64,000 bases of DNA from Nostoc sp. DedSLP01 (lineage in GTDB: Bacteria; Cyanobacteriota; Cyanobacteriia; Cyanobacteriales; Nostocaceae). Under the pieces are notes generated by a model, which worked only from the letters and a program-made list of their open reading frames with translations, did no database searches and was not told where the DNA came from. The position numbers were made by a program, and so were the translations under genes. Numbering within the stretch: the first letter of the stretch is position 1; the number at the start of each line of letters is the position of its first letter. Positions 53,443-63,328 of this stretch are shown here, in pieces. The stretch lies in the NCBI GenBank assembly GCA_034530875.2, contig JAVRCJ020000004.1, positions 224,001-288,000 on the forward strand, written 5' to 3'.

Positions 53443-53689
53443 AGGGACTGGGATTTATTTCTCAGCCCCTAATTTTTTAACTCTAATTGGCATCCACCGA
53501 CTGAAGTTTAAGCAAAATTATATAGTTTCTACTAACAAGGGACAAAAAGTTACAAAAAAACACCGAGACTTAAAATTTCAAAGAAAAACTATGTCTCGGC
53601 TATGTCTCACATTCTATCTCGGCTCGAAATCGGAAAAATTTTCACCTGAGATAGATTCTGCAATTAATGGGAATTTAAATTAGGTTGAG

Positions 53690-54604
53690 CTACTTACAAC
53701 AGGGCAATAGAGGTTTGTTGACAACTTCTTTAATGTCTACAGAATTTAACAAATCTTCCCAATATTTTTGGACTTCGGGATCGTTAGGGCGTTGGCTGCG
53801 TAAGTTAGCTATAGTTCTTAGAGAGTCTTCCCAAAATCCAGCGGTGGCATACAAAACTGCACGTTCCAAGTCTGTGTTTGTTTGTTTGAGTTCCAGTGCT
53901 AGATTTTCATCTTGCGATCGCACTATTTTACCTTCTATATACGAATCTTTATCCCGGTTGCGAAGATCGCAAATCATTGAAAAAGTCCAACTATATTCTT
54001 TTCCTATTTGCAGAGATGATTTATCAGCAGGTACAGTTACACGAACAATACCATTTTGTCCCACAGGCTTAAAAGTTTGCTTATACAATGGGTCAATACT
54101 CTCATCATCCTGCAAAACAAATTCTAGTGCTTCTACTTTTGTAGACGTTTGAGGAATATAGAAATAAAATGTAGGATGTTCTGCTGTAGTTAGTTGAGCT
54201 TCCTTATCTGTTGGTATCAGAGGAATGATAGATTGTCCCGTTTCAAAACAACTGCCTCGCGTTCCTGCCGATCTCACTCTACCAGGTATACCTGGAACGA
54301 AGGCAATACGATTTCTGTTATTACCACGTTGAATATAACCTGTAACATTTCTAATTGCAGTAGTAGCATATTTATCTCCAGGACGTAGGCGTTCTGCTTG
54401 TCGAAAATATCCTAAAGCTTTTCGATAATTTCTGCGTTTGGTTTCACTATAACCAAGTCGCATATATTGGGTATAAGCAGCTCTAGCTTGTGCGAGTTGG
54501 TAAACCGACTCACTTGCCAATACCTGAGTTCTAGTAAAAGGTTCTAACGGGAGAAATGCTAAAGTAGCAAACAGCCAAATTACCCAAAATTTATATTTCT
54601 TCAT
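53690..54604 (-). CDS. DUF928 protein with N-terminal TPR-like segment
   Basis: Signal peptide, YMRLGY..T..RNY..AL, GTRG.C, PTFYFYIP, Y.WTFS.IC, YATAGFWEDSL. Confidence 0.8.
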   Translation of the reverse strand: MKKYKFWVIWLFATLAFLPLEPFTRTQVLASESVYQLAQARAAYTQYMRLGYSETKRRNYRKALGYFRQAERLRPGDKYATTAIRNVTGYIQRGNNRNRIAFVPGIPGRVRSAGTRGSCFETGQSIIPLIPTDKEAQLTTAEHPTFYFYIPQTSTKVEALEFVLQDDESIDPLYKQTFKPVGQNGIVRVTVPADKSSLQIGKEYSWTFSMICDLRNRDKDSYIEGKIVRSQDENLALELKQTNTDLERAVLYATAGFWEDSLRTIANLRSQRPNDPEVQKYWEDLLNSVDIKEVVNKPLLPCCK

Positions 54605-54954
54605 AATCTATATCCAATTGTAGGATGCGGCTTGGTCTTGTATAAGACAAGAGCTTAAGTCTGAAAGTAACAAGAGTTTATCTCAACTACTTTGTGTTCA
54701 AAACCAAGCAGCTTTGTGAATCAATTCTTAGATTTTAAATTGCTAATAATTCAGAATCCAGAAGTTAAAATTAATAAAATTTCAAGACTCAAGCTGAATA
54801 ATATGAATAAAAGTAAGAAGCGAGAGTTCCTTTATTATTTTTAATAAATTATAGATTCTCACTTACGAATAGTTACGTTATCTTTACTTAACGATGTTAT
54901 TAAACACCGCAGATATGTTTCAATTAACTGAGCAATAAGCTGCACATACCAAAC

Positions 54955-55081
54955 CTGACTTTTCACAGGAAGTCCTCAAACCCTCGTTAAGGCTGGGGGT
55001 AGGGTGTAGAGAAAACAAGAAAGCCTGACTACACCCTATACCCCACACCCTCTGACTTTTCCACATACCGTGAAAAGTCAG
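54955..55081. mobile_element. Intact 127-bp MITE with 9-bp target duplication
   Basis: Perfect 12-bp TIR CTGACTTTTCAC/GTGAAAAGTCAG; ATACCAAAC at 54946-54954 and 55082-55090. Confidence 0.9.
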
Positions 55082-55294
55082 ATACCAAACCTATCATCCG
55101 GGATTACGAGTAAATGGGGTTAAATAGGCTAAGCTGCTGAGTACGGCGATCGCTCGACTCCGAACAGCTAAGTAGCATTTTTAATAATTATCCTGAGGAA
55201 AATACTGTCGGCAAGGCATTACTTCATAATTGCAAACTAGATAAAGTTGGAGTGTAGCAAATCAATATAATCAATTGGAATTTGAAGATTATAT

Positions 55295-56461
55295 ATGAAT
55301 TATTTTGGCAAAATTCCCTTAGCTTGGTTGCAACTGACTCGCTATAAGCTGCGGCTTTTGGTAGCGATTATCGGAATTGCATTTGCAGCAATTTTGATAT
55401 TTATGCAATTGGCTTTTTTAGATTGCCTCTACGAGAGTCAAACAGCCCTACACAGTCGGCTAGTGGCTGATTTGATTTTAATTAACCCTGAAATGAAAAC
55501 TTTAGCTAACACCGCAGATTTTTCTCGGCAATATTTATATCGCACGCTCAATTTTAGCGAAGTTGACTCTGTTAACTACGTGTATTACGGAAAAAATTCT
55601 TTTCAATATGGCAATCTCAGGGGCAGCAAAGGAATTATTATCTTAGGCATTAACCCAGATAATTGCCCCTTTAAAATTGCCAATTTCGATCGAGTTGCTC
55701 ATTTGTTGAGGGCTAGGGGTGTGATTTTATTCGATCGCAACTCTGATTTCAAAGAATATGGTAACATTGTCAACGATTTGGCAACCGCAAAATCAATTAC
55801 AGCAGAAATAGCGAATCGGCAAGTTTGGATTAGTGGTTTAGTAGATTTTGCTGGTGCTTCCTTTGCCGATGATGGTAATATAATTACCAGCACTACAACG
55901 TTTAATTATTTGTTACCCGGACGTTCGGCAAATAATATTACAATCGGGTTGGTAAAGCTTAAAACTGGTGTTAATCGAAAAGCGATCGCCAAACAAATCA
56001 GCACTCAACTTCCTGCTAGTGTTAGGGTAATGACACAGCAAGAATTTATTGATTATGAAAAGCATTATTGGGCTACCAGCGCTCCCATTGGATTTGTATT
56101 TAGTACTGGAGTCGCCGTTGGATTTCTGGTAGGAGTAATAATTGTTTATCAAATTCTATATGGAGAAGTCTCAGATCATTTACCAGATTACGCCGTTCTT
56201 AAAGCCAGAGGCTATAAACATCGTTATTTTTTAAATGTTTTATTTCAGGAAGCACTCATCTTAGCAGTATTAGGTTATATTCCTGGATTGATAGTTTCTC
56301 TGGGATTCTATGAAATCGTCAAAGAGGCTACTGCTTTACCGATGCACATGACATTTCCTAGAGCATCATTAGTACTTTTACTAACAATTTTTATGTGCTT
56401 TATATCCGGGAGTATTACGATGAATAAATTAAAAGATGCCAATCCAGCAGATTTGTTTTGA
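55295..56461 (+). CDS. DevC-family ABC exporter permease (FtsX/MacB-like)
   Basis: IPLAWLQL, GIAFA..LIFMQL, VIIVYQILY..V.DHL.DYA.LKA.GY, ANPADLF. Confidence 0.9.
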   Translation: MNYFGKIPLAWLQLTRYKLRLLVAIIGIAFAAILIFMQLAFLDCLYESQTALHSRLVADLILINPEMKTLANTADFSRQYLYRTLNFSEVDSVNYVYYGKNSFQYGNLRGSKGIIILGINPDNCPFKIANFDRVAHLLRARGVILFDRNSDFKEYGNIVNDLATAKSITAEIANRQVWISGLVDFAGASFADDGNIITSTTTFNYLLPGRSANNITIGLVKLKTGVNRKAIAKQISTQLPASVRVMTQQEFIDYEKHYWATSAPIGFVFSTGVAVGFLVGVIIVYQILYGEVSDHLPDYAVLKARGYKHRYFLNVLFQEALILAVLGYIPGLIVSLGFYEIVKEATALPMHMTFPRASLVLLLTIFMCFISGSITMNKLKDANPADLF

Positions 56462-56511
56462 AATTGGGCATAGGGCATTATGAAGAATTAATAACTAATG
56501 ACTAATAACTA

Positions 56512-57975
56512 ATGAATAATGACCAAACAATTATTTCTATTGAAAATCTCAATTACTTTTTTGGAGAGGGCGAACTCCAAAAACAAGTTTTATCTGATAT
56601 TAATCTAGAAGTTAAAGCTAAAGAATTTGTAATTTTAACTGGCCCTTCCGGTTCGGGAAAAAGTACATTACTCAGTTTAATTGGTTGCCTGCGTTCTGCT
56701 CAAAAAGGAAGTCTCAAGATTTTGGGACAGGAACTAAATGGTGCTACCAGAGAGCAATTAGTCCGAATGCGGCGGAATTTTGGTTATATTACCCAATCAA
56801 GTAATTTGTTGGATTTTTTAACAGTTCAGCAGAATATTCAGATGTCATTGGAATTGCAACCAGATTTCTCACCTAAAGAAGCCCGTGTCAAAACAGTAGC
56901 AATACTAGAGGCTGTTGGATTAGCCCAGAAACTTGATGCTTATCCAGCAAATCTTTCTGGGGGACAGAAGCAACGAGTCGCCATAGCCAGTGCTTTGGTA
57001 ACTCAACCCAAGTTGGTACTCGCTGATGAACCTACAGCATCTTTAGATAAGACATCAGGACGTAATGTAGTATCATTAATGCATCGTTTAGCCAAAGAAC
57101 ACAACAGTGCTGTTCTCATGGTTACTCATGATAATCGCATACTCGATTTGGCAGATCGGATTGTTAACGTTGAAGATGGCAAGTTGGGTTTAGCTTTAAA
57201 TCAAGAACTTTCGCTGGTGTTACCTGGTTTTGATGAAGGCTTGCTACAAAAAGCAGGCACTAAACCAACAGTTTTGACTTATCAATCAGAAGAAATAATT
57301 GTTCGCCAAGGTGACCCAGCCACTAAATTCTATATTCTTTTAGAAGGAGAAGTAGATATTTTCCAAGAATCGCCTCACGAACCGCCTCGTTTGATAAATC
57401 ATCTCAGTCGTGGGAGTTATTTTGGCGAAGTGGGTTTGCTTCTAGACGGTAAACGTTCAGCAACAGTAAGCGTTGCTAAAGATTCAGAAGTCAAAGTCAT
57501 GGTAATTGAGGAAGAACTTTTCCGGCTTTTCCTTGGTAACTCTGAATTAACCAAAGCTGATATTGCGCGTCGCTTGCATCACCGTGTGATGACAAGTCAT
57601 CTCTCAAACGCACTACCCAATGTCGAACCATCGGAGATTGTAGCAGTTGCATCCCAAGCAAAGGCAATTAGATATGGAGCCAATTCTATTATTGTTAAAG
57701 AAGGTCAAGTAGCTGAAAAATTCTATCTCATATTACAAGGAGAAGTTGAAGTATTAGCGAGTGAACTGACATCATCTATCCTCAAAACAGGGGATTATTT
57801 TGGTAATCCACAGTTGGTCAATGGTGAAAGTTATCCCTTTACAATTCGAGCCGGAAATACTGAGGTAGAATTGATGATAATCGAACGAGAAAGTTTCTGT
57901 AATTTGATTTTTAAATCAAATACAAATCAAGAAACTGTTGCTTCCGTACTTCGTCAACGATTGATGAATTTTTGA
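56512..57975 (+). CDS. DevA-family ABC ATPase fused to two cNMP-binding domains
   Basis: GPSGSGKST, LSGGQKQR, LADEPT, VTHD; then IVRQGD...YFGE...RSATV and a second IVKEG...YFG repeat. Confidence 0.88.
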   Translation: MNNDQTIISIENLNYFFGEGELQKQVLSDINLEVKAKEFVILTGPSGSGKSTLLSLIGCLRSAQKGSLKILGQELNGATREQLVRMRRNFGYITQSSNLLDFLTVQQNIQMSLELQPDFSPKEARVKTVAILEAVGLAQKLDAYPANLSGGQKQRVAIASALVTQPKLVLADEPTASLDKTSGRNVVSLMHRLAKEHNSAVLMVTHDNRILDLADRIVNVEDGKLGLALNQELSLVLPGFDEGLLQKAGTKPTVLTYQSEEIIVRQGDPATKFYILLEGEVDIFQESPHEPPRLINHLSRGSYFGEVGLLLDGKRSATVSVAKDSEVKVMVIEEELFRLFLGNSELTKADIARRLHHRVMTSHLSNALPNVEPSEIVAVASQAKAIRYGANSIIVKEGQVAEKFYLILQGEVEVLASELTSSILKTGDYFGNPQLVNGESYPFTIRAGNTEVELMIIERESFCNLIFKSNTNQETVASVLRQRLMNF

Positions 57976-57981
57976 GTTTTA

Positions 57982-58758
57982 TTAATTAGAATCTTGAATA
58001 AAAAATCCTGTGGTAGTGAAAAGCATTAGCAAACCCAAAAACAAAGAAACTAAAAACGATAACAGTGTATTTTCTAATTTTCTAAAACAAGCTACAACTA
58101 TAAAGATAAACAAGAAACCATTAAAAAACAGAATTCTTAGCCTATGCCATTTTAGTACCCTTCCTTTTAGGGCTATTAAATTCTCTGATATAATAGCCCA
58201 ATCATCAACTATAAAAAATAGTCCCCATGAGGTTACTTTTAGTTCTAGTAGAGATTTAGATAAAAAAACAAAAATCCAAAGTAATAAAATAATAAAAACA
58301 TAAATCGCATTCTGGCATAATATAAGCAGAGTAATACTCGTATCATCCATTAGGGATTTTATATTTTGCAAATCAGGGTAATTATCAGTTAATTTTTTAT
58401 GAATATCTAAAAATTTATCTTCTGTAAGATTATAAAGACTTCTAAAAAAATTGAAAGATAATAATATGCTTGTAAGCCTTAAACCTAAAGTTCCTTGCGA
58501 TATTTCTTTTGTGTAAAACTCTAAAGTAAAAAATTTTTGTAATAGTAAGTTACATACAAGATATACCAATAAAAAACACGAAAAACACATTCATATACTA
58601 ATAGTTGGTAAAGCAATAGCTCCTGCCACAAAAGTCTCTGAATCTTTAAAAAAATTTGAACGATATCTAATCAGCATTACCAAAAAAAAGATTATACCAC
58701 CTACGAAACTTATCTTTTTACAAATCTCAAGTCCTAGTAAGTAACTATTTTCTGCCAT
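57982..58758 (-). pseudogene. AT-rich polytopic membrane protein interrupted by one in-frame TGA
   Basis: ATG 58758, 55 sense codons, TGA at 58593-58591, then the same frame continues as the 202-aa ORF. Confidence 0.6.
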
Positions 58759-59201
58759 AGCGCTTTAATTTAAATAATCAATTATTCTTCAGTACATATT
58801 TGCATAATCTTTCAATAACTAATCAGAAAATTTATTTAGAAATATAAAATATAACAAAAGTCTTTAGTTTATAAACTAAATTCATCATTTTTTCAATCTC
58901 AATGAAATTTTATTTTCTTTTAGAAAACTAAAAACTTTTGTGATAGTTTCTATTGCCACGGTTTCTACACTCACCGCTACCCACCCACTTTGCTCCACTT
59001 TATAAACCAATATTTGTGACTGAAATTTGCCTTAGTAAGAACTGAAAACTAGATTATTACGTTTATGCTTTATATTCTTAGCTCCAAGCAAACTACATCC
59101 GCTAGTCACACAGAATTTAATTTCTTTTTTTGGTGACTAATGCCAATATTGCTGTTTTGTTAACCACTTCTGACCGCTGAATTCTGACTCCTGAATTATT
59201 A

Positions 59202-60353
59202 TCAAATTTGAATCGATGCTCTTACCTGTAGCTTATTTAATTTTTTCACTCGATCGCTATCATTAGGCTCGAGACGAATTTTGATTTTTACTATTCTTAC
59301 ATCTGCTCTGGCAGAGGGGTCATCATTAATGATTCCTGGCTTTTCAATTTGCAATCCAATGCGATCGACAATTCCTTTAATTTCGCCAGTGAATCCGCCA
59401 TACTCGCTGACAATGGTTGCAGGTTGATTTACTTTAATGTACTTAATATCGCTTTCGTAAACTTCAGCCATTACATACATTTGTTGTGTTTGGCCAATAT
59501 CAACAATGCCATTACTGCCGACAACTTCACCAATTTTGGCGTTGACACTTAAAATTTGCCCTGCTACTGGTGCTTGGACGTATGTACTTTCCATATCAAC
59601 TTTTGCTTTTCGCAATTGAGACAAGGACTCATCAAACTCTGCTTTGGCTACGAGGATATCCGTTGGCTTCACATTTTTGAGGCTTTCCAGAGTTGCTTGA
59701 GACTCTTTGACGCGTTCTTTACCTGTACTAACTTGTTCGTTGAGGTTTGCTATTGCTTCGTGGAACTTTTGTTTCTCAATCTCTAATTGCAAACGTTTGG
59801 TTTCGGTATCAGCTTTAGAAACAGCGCCTTGTTGGGACAGAACTTTATATCGTTGATAATCATTTTCGGCTTTGCGTACTTCTATTAGCTGACGGGCAAT
59901 AACTGTTTTCTGAACCTTTATGCCTTCAAGTAATTGAGCTTTCATTTCTGCAACTTTTTGACGTTGGGCTTCAATTTGACCAACCTCTTCACCAGCCTGC
60001 ACCTGAACTAAACGCGATCGCGCTACAATCGCTTTTGCCTTAGCATTTTCTACAGCCGCTTGCTGCTGATTAAAGTTGTCCATAATCGCAATGATTTGGC
60101 CTGCTTTAACCACATCGCCTTCTTTGACGCGCAGTTGCGCCAAACGCTGGTTGGAGGACGGAGCAGACAAATGAATGATATCTCCTTGAGGTTCCAAGCG
60201 CCCCAAAGCTGTTATATGAGTTATGGCTTGTTGATTACTGGAGATTTCTTGTAGATTGCTTTCGTTGGTGCTGAAATATCTACGTGAATTCAGGGCTAAA
60301 ATAGTACAAACACCAACAACACCAGTGCATAAAATCAAACCGATCGCTTTCAT
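59202..60353 (-). CDS. DevB/HlyD-family membrane fusion protein
   Basis: ITALGRLEPQG, V.EGD.VKAGQ.IA, coiled coil, APVAGQIL, AEVYESDI. Confidence 0.9.
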   Translation of the reverse strand: MKAIGLILCTGVVGVCTILALNSRRYFSTNESNLQEISSNQQAITHITALGRLEPQGDIIHLSAPSSNQRLAQLRVKEGDVVKAGQIIAIMDNFNQQQAAVENAKAKAIVARSRLVQVQAGEEVGQIEAQRQKVAEMKAQLLEGIKVQKTVIARQLIEVRKAENDYQRYKVLSQQGAVSKADTETKRLQLEIEKQKFHEAIANLNEQVSTGKERVKESQATLESLKNVKPTDILVAKAEFDESLSQLRKAKVDMESTYVQAPVAGQILSVNAKIGEVVGSNGIVDIGQTQQMYVMAEVYESDIKYIKVNQPATIVSEYGGFTGEIKGIVDRIGLQIEKPGIINDDPSARADVRIVKIKIRLEPNDSDRVKKLNKLQVRASIQI

Positions 60354-60573
60354 TTTCAGTATATAATTTAGCTTTCGTAGATACTTATTTTGCCCATTAT
60401 CTTTACGAGTTAAATAATGTTCAGGGGAAAATCTCAGTTTTAGCGATCGCTACTGCAATTCAAAAAATATTGACAATACATCAAAAATTCAATATGGAGC
60501 AGCTAAATATCATAGTGGAACCATATTTTGCAAGGAAATTTTATAATTCTTAATTATTTTTAATTAGTTCTTT

Positions 60574-60674
60574 TTAAGTGTCTTAAGTGTCTGCTAATTA
60601 CTAGCTTAACTATCTTAAGTGTCTTAAATGTCTTAAGTGTCTGCTAACTACTAGCTTAACTGTCTTAAATGTCT
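60574..60674. repeat. Higher-order tandem repeat (9-bp units inside a 50-bp period)
   Basis: CTTAA(G/A/C)TGT units; block 60581-60630 is repeated from 60631. Confidence 0.85.
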
Positions 60675-60965
60675 ACTTTATTTTATCTTATTGGCTATTG
60701 CATTTTATTTATAAAACTGAGATTATTTTAAGGTTTCCCTCACGATTTTAATATTAACTAAAGTAAGCAATTTCATAAAAACAGATAGAAGATATTTTAT
60801 TTTTAGTAATTCATCATACATGAAAATTCAAAGTTATCAAATCAAAAAGATGGCGAATAATTTGATTCAATTTTGGGGAGGTGTCAGAGCGATCGCTGAG
60901 CCTTACTGGTATCCCCCAGAGTTATGGGGAAGTGCATTTTCTGCATACGTTTGAGAATCAGGGTG

Positions 60966-62684
60966 ATGCTTACTAAACAGCAAAGGAAACTAATTACTTA
61001 TAAAAAGATTAGGATTTATGAACGAACTTATAAACTACCTATTCTTAAAAGCAGCAGATTAAAAGTCGTTCAACAAAAAATTAAAGAGCGCCGAAGATTA
61101 ATTAAAGAAGGCATTTGCTATTATCAATTTTGGGGAATAATTAAATTTAAAAAAGTAATTAGTCAAGATAAAATCTTCCAAGAAAGTCAATTATTAATAA
61201 AAGATTATACTTATCTAATTGATTTTTTGGATAAGTATAAGGAGAGTTATCAAAAATTTTTACTAAAACTGACTGATGATTTAAAAAAGCTATTTATTCA
61301 AAAATACTTAGAAATAAAAAGCTTAGACCGTGAAAGACAAGTACTCGAAATTAAAAATTCTCAAAATCCTCAAATCCTCGACGAATTAAAACACGAAAAG
61401 CAAGAAAATTTTAAAGCGCTTTTATTGCTAAGTAATGCTTGCTTTTTGATGTTAGAAAAAATAAAATTACTTAGCGAGGGACTGAAAACATTAGCAGAAG
61501 ATACTAAAAATCAAAAACAAATTGTCCAGCAAGTAGCTAAAGATTTACAAGTTTATCAAGAAATTCATGAATATCAAATTAAAGCCCAAAAAGTTCGCCA
61601 AGAAATAGTAGAAATTGCCGAAACTGCAATTAATTTTGAAAATTATTTACAAGATTATTTTAATCCCTTTCAATCATTAATAGATGAAGTAGTAAAAGTA
61701 GATGAGGACTTTTACTCAACTGTTGGAGATATTAAAAATTTAGTAGATAATATTTTAAAATCTGAGTCTAATGTCTTAATCCCTAAAGAAACTGATGGCA
61801 TTTCTGAAACTTTTTTAGATTTCATGGTATCAAGCTATGAAAAAAAGGAAAGATTAAAAGATGCGTTTATTCAATGTAAGTTATTAGATTGGCAAAATAA
61901 TAATTTGGACTTAGATAATAGTCACTTTTCTTTAGGTAAGGAAATTGATTCAATATCTAATTATATCTCCAAGCAACTTTTCGAGCAAAGAAAAAATATA
62001 GACATACCTGAAACAAGTTTTGTTTCTATAACGCCTATTGCTGCCGTTGAAAAAACCGAATTAATCGCACCAACTAATCAAGATGCTACACTAATTCAAG
62101 AATCTGAAAACAATATTGATTATACCAAACTGCGCAATTTGCTCAGCCAATATCAGTGGAAAGAAGCTGACATTGAAACCACTAAATTAATACTAAAAAT
62201 CTTAGGTAAAAGTTATTGGGATGAAGTTTATCAACAAGATATAGAGAACTTTTCTTGTAAAGACCTCCAGATGATTAATCAACTCTGGCAAGAATACAGT
62301 CATGGTTATTTCGGCTTTAGCGTTCAGCAAAGTATTTGGAGCGAAATAGGGGGTCAAGTAGATTATGAAACAGAAAAAAGACTTGGCGATCGCCTTGGCT
62401 GGCGAAAAGAGGGAAAATGGTTAGACTACGAGCAACTCACTTTTGAATTATCTCCTACCACACCGATAGGACATCTACCAGTGCAATGGTTACACTACCA
62501 TCAAGACACATTTAATTTATATCCATCATCTACCGAACGCCTTTCAATGGCAGCATGGCGCGTTCAATCTTGGTTAATTTGGCAAATGCACTTATTCTTA
62601 TCTCGTGTCAAAATCTGTAACGAGACTTGCTTATGTGTTAAGAAGAAATCTATTTGGCATAAACAAAATTACAGTAATAAATAA
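60966..62684 (+). CDS. Coiled-coil protein with C-terminal GUN4-like domain (start uncertain, 60924 or 60966)
   Basis: DYTKLRNLL...WKEAD.ET, I.QLW..YS.G.FGFSVQ..IW, DRLGWR, GHLP. Confidence 0.8.
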   Translation: MLTKQQRKLITYKKIRIYERTYKLPILKSSRLKVVQQKIKERRRLIKEGICYYQFWGIIKFKKVISQDKIFQESQLLIKDYTYLIDFLDKYKESYQKFLLKLTDDLKKLFIQKYLEIKSLDRERQVLEIKNSQNPQILDELKHEKQENFKALLLLSNACFLMLEKIKLLSEGLKTLAEDTKNQKQIVQQVAKDLQVYQEIHEYQIKAQKVRQEIVEIAETAINFENYLQDYFNPFQSLIDEVVKVDEDFYSTVGDIKNLVDNILKSESNVLIPKETDGISETFLDFMVSSYEKKERLKDAFIQCKLLDWQNNNLDLDNSHFSLGKEIDSISNYISKQLFEQRKNIDIPETSFVSITPIAAVEKTELIAPTNQDATLIQESENNIDYTKLRNLLSQYQWKEADIETTKLILKILGKSYWDEVYQQDIENFSCKDLQMINQLWQEYSHGYFGFSVQQSIWSEIGGQVDYETEKRLGDRLGWRKEGKWLDYEQLTFELSPTTPIGHLPVQWLHYHQDTFNLYPSSTERLSMAAWRVQSWLIWQMHLFLSRVKICNETCLCVKKKSIWHKQNYSNK

Positions 62685-62696
62685 TTAGAAAAAATT

Positions 62697-63149
62697 ATGA
62701 GTAATACTGAACTTTCTGACATAGATATAGAAATTTTATTTTATGGCAAATGGCGCTTGAATACGTCTTGGGAAAAAGTCACTATTACATTTAAAGATGA
62801 TATGACTTACGAGCAAAGCAAAGTTAAAACATTTTTTTTCCATAAACCTTTAGAACTGCTAACAGGTAACAAATTTACTGGTGTATGGTATGTAAATGAC
62901 AGAAGATTGTATTTAAATCTTAAAGCTATTCCTGATTCCTTTTTTAATTTACAGATACCGCTAGTATTTAAGATTTCTATCGGAGATGTAGTAGCTAGTT
63001 TAGGTTCTGTATTTATAACAGAAAAATATGAAGTCGTTGAAATTGATAGTTCTAAATTTACGCTCAAGAATCAAGAAGAATCAGTTTTTGGCACAAAAAT
63101 AAGAGGTTTTTATGCACCTAATATGCCAAACTATAGTATTCCTAAATGA
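62697..63149 (+). CDS. Hypothetical protein
   Basis: 150-aa ORF 12 bp after the GUN4-domain gene; GKW and TGVW motifs suggest a beta-rich fold. Confidence 0.65.
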   Translation: MSNTELSDIDIEILFYGKWRLNTSWEKVTITFKDDMTYEQSKVKTFFFHKPLELLTGNKFTGVWYVNDRRLYLNLKAIPDSFFNLQIPLVFKISIGDVVASLGSVFITEKYEVVEIDSSKFTLKNQEESVFGTKIRGFYAPNMPNYSIPK

Positions 63150-63328
63150 TTCGTGAAATTTCTGATTGAGGTAGGGAGTAGGGAATTCGGCTTTTCAATG
63201 TGTAGGTTGTTTTTTCACCAAATCAAGGCTTCTTTCCCATTTCCTACTCCCTGCCTATCGCGCTTGCGCTGCGCTTCGCGCACCACACAAATAATTTTCA
63301 GTAATCAAACCTGATTACTATATATTAG

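Noticed and set aside
53685..54152. 155-aa plus-strand ORF and the other antisense ORFs in the track (e.g. 28007-28375, 39311-39664, 40256-40624)
   Set aside because: Shadow frames of well-supported genes on the opposite strand, with no motifs
60574..60674. CRISPR array or SphR Pho box
   Set aside because: No unique spacers and no cas genes; 9-bp period rather than the 11-bp Pho-box period
60820..60954. 44-codon ORF upstream of the GUN4-domain gene
   Set aside because: No clear RBS or recognisable motif; cannot be supported from sequence alone
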